A stretch of DNA of 53,851 nucleotides from an uncultured virus (IMG/VR IMGVR_UViG_3300043436_000583) (Duplodnaviria > Heunggongvirae > Uroviricota > Caudoviricetes). The notes under the pieces are model-generated. The model did not search any database. It had not been told where the DNA came from and worked only from the letters and a program-made list of their open reading frames with translations. The stretch lies in the IMG/VR virus record IMGVR_UViG_3300043436_000583, positions 62,001 through 115,851 of that record; one strand, given 5' to 3'. Positions 1-8,973 of this stretch are shown here, piece after piece; the first letter of the stretch is position 1; every line of letters starts with the position of its first letter. The translations under genes were made by a program, and so were the position numbers.

Positions 1-122
1 ACAGTATGTTAAACTCGATATGATACTCACTAATCATAAAGGTTTATAACAATTAACAGAGACATTGCAATAGAGAAAGGTTGTTCCTTTCAGCATTACA
101 TCTGAGTACAGAGGGATATATA

Positions 123-130
123 TATCTTTG
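123..130 (+). promoter_or_regulatory. Bacteroidota sigma-type -7 promoter box (TATCTTTG)
   Basis: Matches TAnnTTTG in intergenic DNA upstream of ORF 207. Confidence 0.5.
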
Positions 131-206
131 TCATTAGCCTTTAGCGTACCAAAGGTGATATATATTATATAACACATTATTAATCAATCATTTAACACAT
201 TAACAC

Positions 207-425
207 ATGAAACTAATCAAACACGTCATTAACATTATGTTCCTATGGAGCATACCTCACATTCTTTTAGCATTTGTTTTGCTAATTACAGGTCTTATAT
301 ATAACTATCATGAAGCTGTTACATCAGAGATATGGATAGTTGTTATGTTCTTCTATTTCATTATTACAGCTATTATGTATGCTGTAAGCTCAGGAGAAGA
401 AGACGAAATGAAAATACTCAAATAA
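207..425 (+). CDS. small two-TM membrane protein
   Basis: Two hydrophobic stretches; start preceded by TAACAC. Confidence 0.65.
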   Translation: MKLIKHVINIMFLWSIPHILLAFVLLITGLIYNYHEAVTSEIWIVVMFFYFIITAIMYAVSSGEEDEMKILK

Positions 426-509
426 ACATCACATTATCAATTAGTTATTACACAACACAACTACAGCTATAAAAAACATTGGCTAGTTGGTAATATGTGT
501 GTTAGATTT

Positions 510-542
510 AGGACTCTGCTTCCCCTAGCAGGGTCCTTTTTT
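510..542 (+). terminator. intrinsic terminator
   Basis: aggactctgct/agcagggtcct stem followed by a T-tract. Confidence 0.75.
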
Positions 543-565
543 ACTAATCATCAAAAACAAACAAT

Positions 566-1162
566 ATGCTTATATTAGCAAAACTTGTATTTAAATCATA
601 TATGCCCAAGCAATTGGAGATAGGTATGTGGTTTAAGAAAGATCACAGTGATGTGGTCTATGGTAAGATATATAACTATATCACCATATATGAACTAAAA
701 GAGTTGCCACGTAATATGGAGGAATACATATCCATTAATGGTGCACCTGTTGAGCCTTATATTATACAGCCAATGACTAATCCAGATGATCCAGAAGAAA
801 TACTGGTGATATCTGATTTTGTAGGTTGGTGGGAGTCTGATGAAGGCTGGGAGGATGATGATGGTAATTGGATAGAGAATATACAGCTAGAAGACCTATC
901 GCCTAAGATTATCAATGAATGGATATATGGTGAGAATGGAGACAATGATGGTCTCATAGCTCTTGAAGTCAATGATGACAGAGAAGCCATTACATATCTT
1001 GATGATGAAGGCAATGATACAGGCAAGGTTATCATCAAACAATCTGATTATGTAAATGAAGATGATGACTATGATACAATAGAAGAAGAGTATCTTGAGG
1101 ATGAAGAAGATTGGGATGATATGGATGATGAGCCTGAATTTGAATTAGGTGGATCTGAATAA
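566..1162 (+). CDS. hypothetical highly acidic protein
   Basis: 198 aa ORF, D/E-rich C-terminal half. Confidence 0.8.
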   Translation: MLILAKLVFKSYMPKQLEIGMWFKKDHSDVVYGKIYNYITIYELKELPRNMEEYISINGAPVEPYIIQPMTNPDDPEEILVISDFVGWWESDEGWEDDDGNWIENIQLEDLSPKIINEWIYGENGDNDGLIALEVNDDREAITYLDDEGNDTGKVIIKQSDYVNEDDDYDTIEEEYLEDEEDWDDMDDEPEFELGGSE

Positions 1163-1185
1163 AATAACAATTTAAAAACAAAACT

Positions 1186-1362
1186 ATGGCTATTTCAACA
1201 TGCTGTGGAGCACACACCACAATGCCAGAATATGACATTTGTCCTGATTGCAGAGAACATTGTGATTGGGAAGATGATGAACTTGAAGAAGATAGAACAT
1301 TATCTCATTTACAATATAATCTAAATAGAGATAAAATGGCTGAAAATGAAAAACATGAATAA
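1186..1362 (+). CDS. small Cys-rich (zinc-ribbon-like) protein, not in ORF track
   Basis: MAISTCCGAH...ICPDCREHCD..., 58 aa, translated by hand. Confidence 0.7.
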   Translation: MAISTCCGAHTTMPEYDICPDCREHCDWEDDELEEDRTLSHLQYNLNRDKMAENEKHE

Positions 1363-1381
1363 CTCATTAAAAACCAAAGAG

Positions 1382-1537
1382 ATGAAGAAGCTATATGAAA
1401 TTTTATTTGAAGGCAAAAAGCCTGAAGAACAGCCATTAAAGCTTGAGATAAAGCTTAAATCTACTGCTACACCACAAGAGCAGCTAGAAATAAATGAATG
1501 GTATAGACATATTAATAACTCATTACAAAGAAATTAG
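1382..1537 (+). CDS. hypothetical protein
   Basis: ORF ending before a terminator; likely start MKKLYE. Confidence 0.55.
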   Translation: MKKLYEILFEGKKPEEQPLKLEIKLKSTATPQEQLEINEWYRHINNSLQRN

Positions 1538-1567
1538 GTTAGATGTGTGTGTGGTTAGTAAGTAAAC

Positions 1568-1596
1568 AAAGCCCTGCAGAAATGTGGGGCTTTTTT
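1568..1596 (+). terminator. intrinsic terminator
   Basis: aaagccctgca-GAAA-tgtggggctttttt. Confidence 0.8.
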
Positions 1597-1662
1597 ATGA
1601 ACTCATAAGAATCAATACCACAAAGCATTACAGAAGAAAGTCCTAACATAATAGAAGAGAAT

Positions 1663-1992
1663 ATGATAATTAAAGGAAATAGAAAACGTACAAGGTTGAC
1701 GAATGGTAAGGAACCACTCAGAGATACTGATTTGAGTGTTGACACTGGTTATATGAGTTACCAAACTGTACCTTTACCCCTAAAGAAGGATAAGAAATTT
1801 ACTCAAGCATGGGATTATCTACCTAAAGATGATATACCAAAGCAAATATTAAGACAAAAAGGTCTTGCAAAGACTAATAAGCAGAAGTTAAAACATATTA
1901 AATCACATCAAAAACAAAAACATGAAAAGCAAAGGTCAAACCAACTATTCCAGCAAGGAATTAAAATCAATCAAACAAATGGTAGCTACTAA
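1663..1992 (+). CDS. hypothetical protein (start uncertain)
   Basis: Open frame overlapping the next gene. Confidence 0.4.
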   Translation: MIIKGNRKRTRLTNGKEPLRDTDLSVDTGYMSYQTVPLPLKKDKKFTQAWDYLPKDDIPKQILRQKGLAKTNKQKLKHIKSHQKQKHEKQRSNQLFQQGIKINQTNGSY

Positions 1993-2230
1993 CAAAAATA
2001 GTGTTAAACCATTGTCTAAGCGTAAGTTAGCTACTCTTGTGGCTAATACAATCAATAGACCTGTAGTAGGAGTCTATTATAAAATATTGAGTATGCCTAA
2101 GAAGCGTACATATACAAAGAGAACAAAGGAAGTGACAGCCACTCCTATTGTGAGCATGAAAAAATCTATTAGCTTTGGTAAGCCAAGCAAAATAGAGATA
2201 TCTGATACAGGAATGACATTTTATTTCTAA
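1922..2230 (+). CDS. hypothetical basic protein
   Basis: 102 aa ORF in operon-like array. Confidence 0.7.
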   Translation: MKSKGQTNYSSKELKSIKQMVATNKNSVKPLSKRKLATLVANTINRPVVGVYYKILSMPKKRTYTKRTKEVTATPIVSMKKSISFGKPSKIEISDTGMTFYF

Positions 2231-2248
2231 TCAATAAACACACACACC

Positions 2249-2524
2249 ATGTCTTACAGCCTAGTTTACAGTGCTAAACCACATAGCACACATACAATCA
2301 ACGTGTATGAATCATCTAAACAAGATTCTCCTTATATAAAGGGATTAAGAGCTTGTTCTAAACTAATAGATGCTATATTTACTGACAAATCAAAAGGTAG
2401 ATATAAACCATCTAGACGTGTAGATTGCATACACAAAAAAGGACGTCACTTTATGTACATCAATTCTGATGAATATGAAATAACTAGAGAGTTGTTCATC
2501 AGGGTAAAAAACATTGGAAAATGA
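2249..2524 (+). CDS. hypothetical protein
   Basis: ORF with ACACACAC-rich leader. Confidence 0.65.
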   Translation: MSYSLVYSAKPHSTHTINVYESSKQDSPYIKGLRACSKLIDAIFTDKSKGRYKPSRRVDCIHKKGRHFMYINSDEYEITRELFIRVKNIGK

Positions 2525-2646
2525 TAGTATATTTTATTATCTTTGTTATTGTCATCTGGATATGGGTAGCATATGAATTCTTCAGTGCACCATATTCAGA
2601 TAATGATAATAATAAAAACAAAAAAGATAAACATGGCAATAAGTAA
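2521..2646 (+). CDS. small single-TM protein, not in ORF track
   Basis: MIVYFIIFVIVIWIWVAYEFFSAPYSDNDNNKNKKDKHGNK; ATGA overlap with the previous gene. Confidence 0.55.
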   Translation: MIVYFIIFVIVIWIWVAYEFFSAPYSDNDNNKNKKDKHGNK

Positions 2647-2881
2647 AAAGGTTGAGAATAAGGTAAAAGGTTATTTCTTTATGAGTATTAACAATGATGT
2701 AATCAATGTTGATATGGCTGGTGATGATACAGCATTAGCTGCAGCATTTGGCATGTTATTAACAAGCAAAGCTAAGAGTAATGCAGATATTAAAAGAATA
2801 TTAGCAGCATCTCTTGAGTTTGCTATTCAGCAGTTAGAATCTAAAAAGAAGCCTATTGCTAAAGCTGTTAAAAAGAAATAA
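2633..2881 (+). CDS. hypothetical protein
   Basis: Likely start MAISKK. Confidence 0.7.
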   Translation: MAISKKVENKVKGYFFMSINNDVINVDMAGDDTALAAAFGMLLTSKAKSNADIKRILAASLEFAIQQLESKKKPIAKAVKKK

Positions 2882-2882
2882 T

Positions 2883-3005
2883 ATGAATGAATATTTTAGT
2901 TATTATGAGAGCTTACATAAGCTTCCTAAGTCTAAGCAGAGATATTACATCTGGGACATGATTAAATGGTGTATTAAAGAATACATTAAAACATATAAGA
3001 AATGA
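2883..3005 (+). CDS. microprotein (KWCIKEYI family, copy 1), not in ORF track
   Basis: 40 aa; ATGA-coupled to polB; paralog at 6743. Confidence 0.65.
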   Translation: MNEYFSYYESLHKLPKSKQRYYIWDMIKWCIKEYIKTYKK

Positions 3006-4954
3006 ATGTACTTATCTATGATATAGAAACACTTAAAGAACTGTTTCTTATTGTTATATACAATCCAGAGAGTGATGTAACATATGAGTTTCAGGTGAGT
3101 AAGTGGACTAATCAATTAGATGGGTTCATGAGGTTTACTGAGCAACATGATGAGCATTATTGGGTGGGCTACAACAACTTACGCTTTGATAGTCAGGTTG
3201 TTGAGCATATACTTAGAACATATGAGAATTGGCATGAGCTGAGTGGTCTAGAGATCTGTGCATTAATATCACAGAAAGCTACAGATACTATTCATGATGC
3301 TAATTATGATGTATTCCCTGAATATAGAGAAGAATGGTTGAGTCTTAAGCAAATAGATCTATTCAAGGTGAACCACTATGATAACAAAAATAGAATGGTC
3401 TCACTAAAAAGATTAGAGTTTGAGATGGATCTAGAAAACATTGAAGAGATGCCTATACATCATAGTAAAGAGAACATGACTCAGGATGACATAGCTATAA
3501 CAATAGACTATTGTCGTAATGATGTTATGGCTACGTATGAATTCTATAAGGTGACAACAGGTGACACTGAGCATCCACTATACAAGGGTAATAATCAGAT
3601 AGAACTAAGACAAGACATATACGAGGAGTTTGGCATACCATGCTTAAACTATTCAGATAGCAAGATTGGTGATGAGATGATTAAGAAGTATTATTGTGAG
3701 GCCAAGGGCATACAATATTCTGATCTACCAAAGAAAGGATTATTTAGAACTGAAGTTAAGGTGAAACATTGTATTGCTGATTATGTAGCATTCCAGACAC
3801 CAGAGCTGCAACAGTTCTTAAAGAAGATTAGCAAAGAGCGTTTTACAATTAAGGATGAATTTAAAGAAGCATTAGAGTTTCATGGAAACATATATACATT
3901 CGCAAAAGGTGGCTTACACACAGAAAACAAGGCTAAAGTATTTGAAGCTGATGAAGAGCATATTATTGTTGATTGGGATGTCTCCAGCTATTATCCTGCT
4001 ATTATTATTAACAATAAGCGTTATCCTCAGCATCTTGGTTCTGACTTTCTTAGGGGCTATGAGCAAATGTTTAATAAAAGATTGGAGCTCAAACCCTTGG
4101 CTAAGCGAGATAAGAAGATTAAAGGGATTGTGGGAGCTCTTAAGCTTGCTGTCAATTCTGTGTATGGCAAAAGCTCTGATATGCAAAGCTGGATTTATGA
4201 CAGACAACTAACTATGTTTACCACTATTACAGGTGAGCTTAGCTTGTTGATGTTGATCGAAGCATATGAGTTAGCTGATATACATGTTATATCTGCAAAT
4301 ACAGATGGTGTAACTATTATGGTTAAGAAATCATTAATAGATAAGATGCATGAGGTTAATCAATGGTGGATGGAATTGACTAAATATGAATTAGAACGTA
4401 CTGACTATCAAAAGATTATATTCTCTACAGTAAATGACTACATAGCAATCAAAACAGATGGAGAAATTAAAAAGAAAGGTGATTTCCTTACAGACTTTGA
4501 GCTTCACAAAAATAAGTCAGCTAGGATTGTACCTATTGCACTCGAGCATTATTATGTTCATGGTGTGCCTGTGGCTACCACTATTCACAATCACACAAAT
4601 ATATATGACTTTGCTCTCAGGCAGAAAGCTAGTAAAGACTTTCACTACGAAGGGCACAGTAAAGACAAGACAAGAGTCTATAATAAACTTATCAGATATT
4701 ATGTAAGTAAAACTGGTGAGAAGCTATTAAAAGTTAAGAATGATAACTCAGATAGCACAGCTGTAAATGTATCTCAGGTTGAAGCAGGTGAATGGGTGAT
4801 GACAGTATGTAATCATCTAACATCAGATCATCCTCTAGATAACATCAATCATGCATATTATATAGAGCGTGCTGAAAGACTGATAGGTAAGATACAGTTT
4901 GAAGGCAAGAAACGCAGAGTTATTATTAATCCTAATCAAATGAGTTTATTCTAA
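3002..4954 (+). CDS. polB: family B DNA polymerase with 3'-5' exonuclease
   Basis: ExoI YDIET, ExoII YNNLRFD, motif A DVSSYYP, motif B KLAVNSVYGK, motif C ANTDG. Confidence 0.95.
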   Translation: MNVLIYDIETLKELFLIVIYNPESDVTYEFQVSKWTNQLDGFMRFTEQHDEHYWVGYNNLRFDSQVVEHILRTYENWHELSGLEICALISQKATDTIHDANYDVFPEYREEWLSLKQIDLFKVNHYDNKNRMVSLKRLEFEMDLENIEEMPIHHSKENMTQDDIAITIDYCRNDVMATYEFYKVTTGDTEHPLYKGNNQIELRQDIYEEFGIPCLNYSDSKIGDEMIKKYYCEAKGIQYSDLPKKGLFRTEVKVKHCIADYVAFQTPELQQFLKKISKERFTIKDEFKEALEFHGNIYTFAKGGLHTENKAKVFEADEEHIIVDWDVSSYYPAIIINNKRYPQHLGSDFLRGYEQMFNKRLELKPLAKRDKKIKGIVGALKLAVNSVYGKSSDMQSWIYDRQLTMFTTITGELSLLMLIEAYELADIHVISANTDGVTIMVKKSLIDKMHEVNQWWMELTKYELERTDYQKIIFSTVNDYIAIKTDGEIKKKGDFLTDFELHKNKSARIVPIALEHYYVHGVPVATTIHNHTNIYDFALRQKASKDFHYEGHSKDKTRVYNKLIRYYVSKTGEKLLKVKNDNSDSTAVNVSQVEAGEWVMTVCNHLTSDHPLDNINHAYYIERAERLIGKIQFEGKKRRVIINPNQMSLF

Positions 4955-5160
4955 TGGAAAAGTATCCTATACCTTCAGAAAAAGCAGAAGAGCTAATAAA
5001 TAAGTTCTTCAAAGCAAAACATCAACCATATAGTTATAAAGATGCACAAAGCTGTGCATTAATAACAGTAAATGAGATTATAGAGCAGATAACTCATTGG
5101 TGCCCAGTGCATATTCTTAATTATTGGATGAATGTTAGAAAAGAAATAGAATTATCATAA
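4954..5160 (+). CDS. hypothetical protein
   Basis: TAATG-coupled to polB. Confidence 0.7.
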   Translation: MEKYPIPSEKAEELINKFFKAKHQPYSYKDAQSCALITVNEIIEQITHWCPVHILNYWMNVRKEIELS

Positions 5161-5192
5161 TGGCAAAGATTAATAGAGAAAACATTTGGTAA
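5160..5192 (+). pseudogene. orphaned 5' end (MAKINRENIW*) of the gene now starting at 5827
   Basis: Matches MSRINRENI at 5827; TAATG-coupled to the upstream gene. Confidence 0.7.
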
Positions 5193-5216
5193 TATCAACT
5201 ATTCTGTTTATCTTTG
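5185..5216 (+). promoter_or_regulatory. Bacteroidota promoter (-33 TTTG, -7 TATCTTTG) driving the HNH gene
   Basis: TTTG at 5185-5188 and TATCTTTG at 5209-5216. Confidence 0.65.
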
Positions 5217-5231
5217 CCAAAATAATAAATA

Positions 5232-5846
5232 ATGGAAGAAATTTGGAAAGATATACCTGAATATGAAGGATTGTATCAAATTAGTAATTTAGGTAATGTT
5301 AGGTCACAACATTTTAATAAAATGAGTGGACAAAAACCTGGTCAGCTACTTAAAATTGGATTGATGTATAATGGTTATTTATCTATACAACTTAGAATGG
5401 GTGATACTAATAAAAGACATCTTGTTCATAGATTAATTGCAGAGTCATTTATATCAAATCCTGATAATAAACCAGTAATTAATCATATTAATGGTATCAA
5501 AAATGATAACAGAATTGAGAATCTAGAATGGTGCACTCAATCTGAAAATGTTAGACATGCCATTGATACAGGATTAAGAACTAGTGCTTTTGGTCCAGCT
5601 AAAGGAACTAAACCTTGGAATACAGATAAACTTTTATCTGAAGAACATAAGACTAAATTAAGCAAAGCTAAATTAGGTAAACCTTCATTAAAGAAAAGAA
5701 AAGTAATAGACACATCCACTGGTATAATTTATGATGGTATACAAGAAGCTGCAGATGCTTTTGGTGTAAAATATAGTAATATGTGTGGTAAATTGTATAA
5801 GAAAAACAAAATAAATTTAACATTTTATGAGTCGCATCAATCGTGA
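5232..5846 (+). CDS. HNH homing endonuclease (NUMOD4-HNH with NUMOD3/NUMOD1-like tail)
   Basis: EIWKDIPEYEGLYQISNLGNVRS; HRLIAESF...INHINGIKNDNRIENLEWCT. Confidence 0.92.
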   Translation: MEEIWKDIPEYEGLYQISNLGNVRSQHFNKMSGQKPGQLLKIGLMYNGYLSIQLRMGDTNKRHLVHRLIAESFISNPDNKPVINHINGIKNDNRIENLEWCTQSENVRHAIDTGLRTSAFGPAKGTKPWNTDKLLSEEHKTKLSKAKLGKPSLKKRKVIDTSTGIIYDGIQEAADAFGVKYSNMCGKLYKKNKINLTFYESHQS

Positions 5847-6081
5847 AAACATAGCTGATCATTTAGTTGATTATCAATTAGGTATAATTGGTAAGTCTAT
5901 GCAAGAAGCATATATGACAAGAGAGTGGTACAGTAAATGGACCATGACTCAAGAACAACATGATGCATTCAAAGCATATGCTATACCATTAATGAAAAAG
6001 GTATTTAAAATAAATAAAACAAGGGCTGAAGCAAACTTTCAATGGTTTGATTTAGAGTTTGGCCTGCGTATAAAAGATTAA
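5827..6081 (+). CDS. hypothetical protein (target gene of the HNH insertion)
   Basis: 84 aa ORF whose start overlaps the HNH 3' end. Confidence 0.75.
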   Translation: MSRINRENIADHLVDYQLGIIGKSMQEAYMTREWYSKWTMTQEQHDAFKAYAIPLMKKVFKINKTRAEANFQWFDLEFGLRIKD

Positions 6082-6092
6082 AACACACAATT

Positions 6093-6650
6093 ATGGGAGC
6101 ATGTCAATTTAAAGGAAGATATGGTGGTAAAACAGCACAAGAAGCATATGATAGAGCTTGTGAAGAAGCTGAACTTGAGTATGGTAGTCAAGATGGCTAC
6201 AATGGTACAATTAGCACTACTCATGGATTTAGAGATGAAACAGAAGCATATAATAAAAGTAAGTTTAATGATGTATCTGCTTACATACGTGACAGATTTG
6301 ATAGTCATTCTATGAACAAACGTGATTGTTCAGCTATATGTGTTGTAAAACCTGTAGGTAATAAAAACAAGACTAAGTCACAAGTGGAGCACATAGTTAC
6401 ACCAGGTACGAAGAAATGGGTACTTAAATATGTTGTTAAACATAATGATCATGTTATTGGTGCATGGCCTACAAAAGGTGATGCTGTAAAAGATGCACGT
6501 AGATATACAGAGAGAAATCAGGTAACTACAACAATATCAATGGAAAAGTTCTTAGAGAAAGGTGATAACTTAGTAGCTAAGATAACATACAAAAAAGCTA
6601 CTAATGAAAGAGATGGTGAGTGGATATTCTTTGGTTATGCAGCAGAATAA
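6093..6650 (+). CDS. hypothetical protein
   Basis: 185 aa; MGA...YG..DGYNGTIST-type phage protein. Confidence 0.8.
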   Translation: MGACQFKGRYGGKTAQEAYDRACEEAELEYGSQDGYNGTISTTHGFRDETEAYNKSKFNDVSAYIRDRFDSHSMNKRDCSAICVVKPVGNKNKTKSQVEHIVTPGTKKWVLKYVVKHNDHVIGAWPTKGDAVKDARRYTERNQVTTTISMEKFLEKGDNLVAKITYKKATNERDGEWIFFGYAAE

Positions 6651-6661
6651 AACAAATAAAT

Positions 6662-6739
6662 ATGTTAACAACAATTGTACTTATTATTATTTATGCAGCA
6701 CTTATTATCTATAACCAAAACAAAGACAAAAACAAATAA
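6662..6739 (+). CDS. putative 25-aa membrane micropeptide
   Basis: MLTTIVLIIIYAALIIYNQNKDKNK fills an intergenic gap. Confidence 0.4.
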   Translation: MLTTIVLIIIYAALIIYNQNKDKNK

Positions 6740-6742
6740 CCT

Positions 6743-6916
6743 ATGAGTGAGGTAGTGTTTCAGGTGTTTCAAGTGTTTTACACTAAGCCTGCTAGACAAA
6801 GAAGAAAGGCTGTATGGAAGATGTTTAAATGGTGCATAAAAGAATACATAGCCACATTCAAGAAAGAAGAGATTCCTGTAAACGTTATTACAGATCAATT
6901 AACTAAAATCAAATAA
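6743..6916 (+). CDS. microprotein (KWCIKEYI family, copy 2), not in ORF track
   Basis: 57 aa, ...WKMFKWCIKEYIATFKK... Confidence 0.65.
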   Translation: MSEVVFQVFQVFYTKPARQRRKAVWKMFKWCIKEYIATFKKEEIPVNVITDQLTKIK

Positions 6917-6917
6917 A

Positions 6918-7148
6918 ATGCCAGACATTTCAATGTGCGAAGGTGGTAGTTGTCTATTAAGACTAAACTGTCACAGATATACAGCTAAGGCTGAAGAGAT
7001 GGGACAATCATTTTTCTCAGAACCTCCATATAAACTAAACTTAATGTTAGATGAAAATGTAGGCAGCCTTGGTGTTGCAACAATAAGTTGTGGTTATTTT
7101 TGGAATAATCAAAATTATGAGAATGAAAGACCAAAATCTAAAAATTAA
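6918..7148 (+). CDS. small Cys-rich protein
   Basis: MPDISMC...C....C.RY...C pattern. Confidence 0.75.
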   Translation: MPDISMCEGGSCLLRLNCHRYTAKAEEMGQSFFSEPPYKLNLMLDENVGSLGVATISCGYFWNNQNYENERPKSKN

Positions 7149-7320
7149 TGAGGATTGGGAGAGGGATTATCTTAAAGATTTAGTATATTTGCAAGAGACA
7201 CAACAGATACTTGAAGAGGAGTTTAGAAGAATAAAACTACCTGCTCAGATAGTAGTAATTGATAAAGACAAAATACTAGAAAAACACAATGAACCTCACA
7301 CTAACGTTCTCCCATTTTAA
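7123..7320 (+). CDS. hypothetical protein
   Basis: Overlapping operon ORF; start uncertain. Confidence 0.55.
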   Translation: MKDQNLKINEDWERDYLKDLVYLQETQQILEEEFRRIKLPAQIVVIDKDKILEKHNEPHTNVLPF

Positions 7321-7915
7321 GGAGCTAACTAAGGCTGGATACACCTTAGACATGTTATGCTTCATAACACTAGTTGAAGAAGGCAATGATGTAGATGAAA
7401 TGTGTGCAGAAGATAGCAAAATGAAAATGCTCTATCAAACTGTACGCAGAAAAGGTCTATTGTCAGAGTCAAATAAGATTACCATAATAGGTAAAGAAGT
7501 TTTGTCTTTTCTTAATGAGAAGATAGAACAACCTAAGATGGTTAAGAAGAAGAAAACAGATTCAGACTTTGATAAGTGGTGGATGACGTACCCAGGTACT
7601 GATACGTTCACATATAAGAGTCAATCATTTACAGGTACACGTGGTATGCGTGTAAAGAAAGATGAGTGTAAACTTAAATTCAACAGCATTGTTGGAGAAG
7701 GCGAGTACAAACCTACAGAGCTCATAGCAGCATTAGAATACGAAATACTGCAGAAGAAAGAGAATTCAATTAAGACAAAAGTCAATAGACTTACATTTAT
7801 GCAGAACAGTCTCACCTATCTCAACCAGAGGTCATTTGAACCATTCATTGAGTTGATAAGAGATGGTAAGACTATCAAAGAATCTGCTGAACCAATTAAA
7901 GGTATGGATATATGA
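7289..7915 (+). CDS. putative replication initiation/helicase loader-like protein
   Basis: FDKWWMTYP and YLNQ..FE motifs; directly upstream of the DnaB-like gene. Confidence 0.55.
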   Translation: MNLTLTFSHFKELTKAGYTLDMLCFITLVEEGNDVDEMCAEDSKMKMLYQTVRRKGLLSESNKITIIGKEVLSFLNEKIEQPKMVKKKKTDSDFDKWWMTYPGTDTFTYKSQSFTGTRGMRVKKDECKLKFNSIVGEGEYKPTELIAALEYEILQKKENSIKTKVNRLTFMQNSLTYLNQRSFEPFIELIRDGKTIKESAEPIKGMDI

Positions 7916-8973
7916 GTTTTGAAGATTTAAAACGAGAAGTTCAAGCAGGCCTAGATGGTAGAAACAATGGTATACCTATGGGCTTTGAAAGATTGAATAG
8001 ATATATAGGCATCAGAAAATCTATGTACACACTGATTGGTGGCCTCACTGGTAGTGGTAAAACTAGCTTCTTAGATGATGCATATGTTTTAAATCCATTT
8101 GATTGGTTTATCAATCAAAAGACTCCAGGTCTGAAGTTACGCATCATATATAGATCTATGGAGCGTAGCAGGACATATAAATATGCTAAATGGGTTTCAA
8201 GAAAGATATTCTTAGACCAAGGAGTTATTATACCTGTACCCAAGCTATTAGGTTGGACAGAGAAGATGACCAAAGATGAGCACGATCTGTTCCTGATGTA
8301 TGAAGATTACATGGGACAGATGAAAGAAGTGATTACGCTTATTGATGGACCAGACAATCCAATTGGTGTATCAAAGCAAATCAGAGACCATGCATTAGCT
8401 AATGGTGTCATAGAAGATGTAGATCAATACAATAAGAAATACATTCCCAATGATGAGAATGAAATAACTATTATTGTTGTTGACCATATAGGCTTATTAA
8501 AACCAACTAAAGACTATCCTACAAAGAAGCAGACAATTGATAAGATGTCTGATGAGCTGAGATATGCTCGTGACATGTATGGATACAGTCCTGTAATTGT
8601 AAGCCAGTTTAACAGGGACATTAATAATCCCATCAGGATTAAGAATGGTGATGTAGAACCACAGCTAGAAGACTTTGCTGAGAGTTCACAAACACAGAAT
8701 GATGCTGACGTTGTCCTAGCATTGTTTGATCCCATGCGATATAAAGTAACAGACCCATCAGGGTATGACCTAAACAAACTTAGAGATGAGTTTGGTGCAA
8801 AGTATTTCAGATCATTGAGACTAATAAAGAACAGTTATGGAGAAGATGATGTAAGAATAGGCTTAGGTTTTCTTGGCCAGGTTGGTATGTTCAAAGAACT
8901 ACCTAAGGTCAAGTATATGAACGAGAGTGTATATAGTGATATTACTAGTAAAACATTCTTTTTAAATAAATGA
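7912..8973 (+). CDS. dnaB: DnaB-like replicative helicase
   Basis: Walker A GLTGSGKT, SME, VVDHI, SQFNR, QNDAD. Confidence 0.88.
   Translation: MSFEDLKREVQAGLDGRNNGIPMGFERLNRYIGIRKSMYTLIGGLTGSGKTSFLDDAYVLNPFDWFINQKTPGLKLRIIYRSMERSRTYKYAKWVSRKIFLDQGVIIPVPKLLGWTEKMTKDEHDLFLMYEDYMGQMKEVITLIDGPDNPIGVSKQIRDHALANGVIEDVDQYNKKYIPNDENEITIIVVDHIGLLKPTKDYPTKKQTIDKMSDELRYARDMYGYSPVIVSQFNRDINNPIRIKNGDVEPQLEDFAESSQTQNDADVVLALFDPMRYKVTDPSGYDLNKLRDEFGAKYFRSLRLIKNSYGEDDVRIGLGFLGQVGMFKELPKVKYMNESVYSDITSKTFFLNK

Noticed and set aside
1597..1662. In-frame ATG-AAC-TCA-TAA upstream of ORF 1663 (possible readthrough or pseudogene)
   Set aside because: Single TAA with no supporting homology; cannot be distinguished from chance
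2538..2545. TATCTTTG promoter-like box
   Set aside because: Lies inside the hydrophobic coding stretch of the 2521 micro-ORF; may be incidental
5160..5853. Group I intron carrying the HNH gene
   Set aside because: No room for a ribozyme core outside the ORF; the downstream gene has its own duplicated start, so splicing is unnecessary
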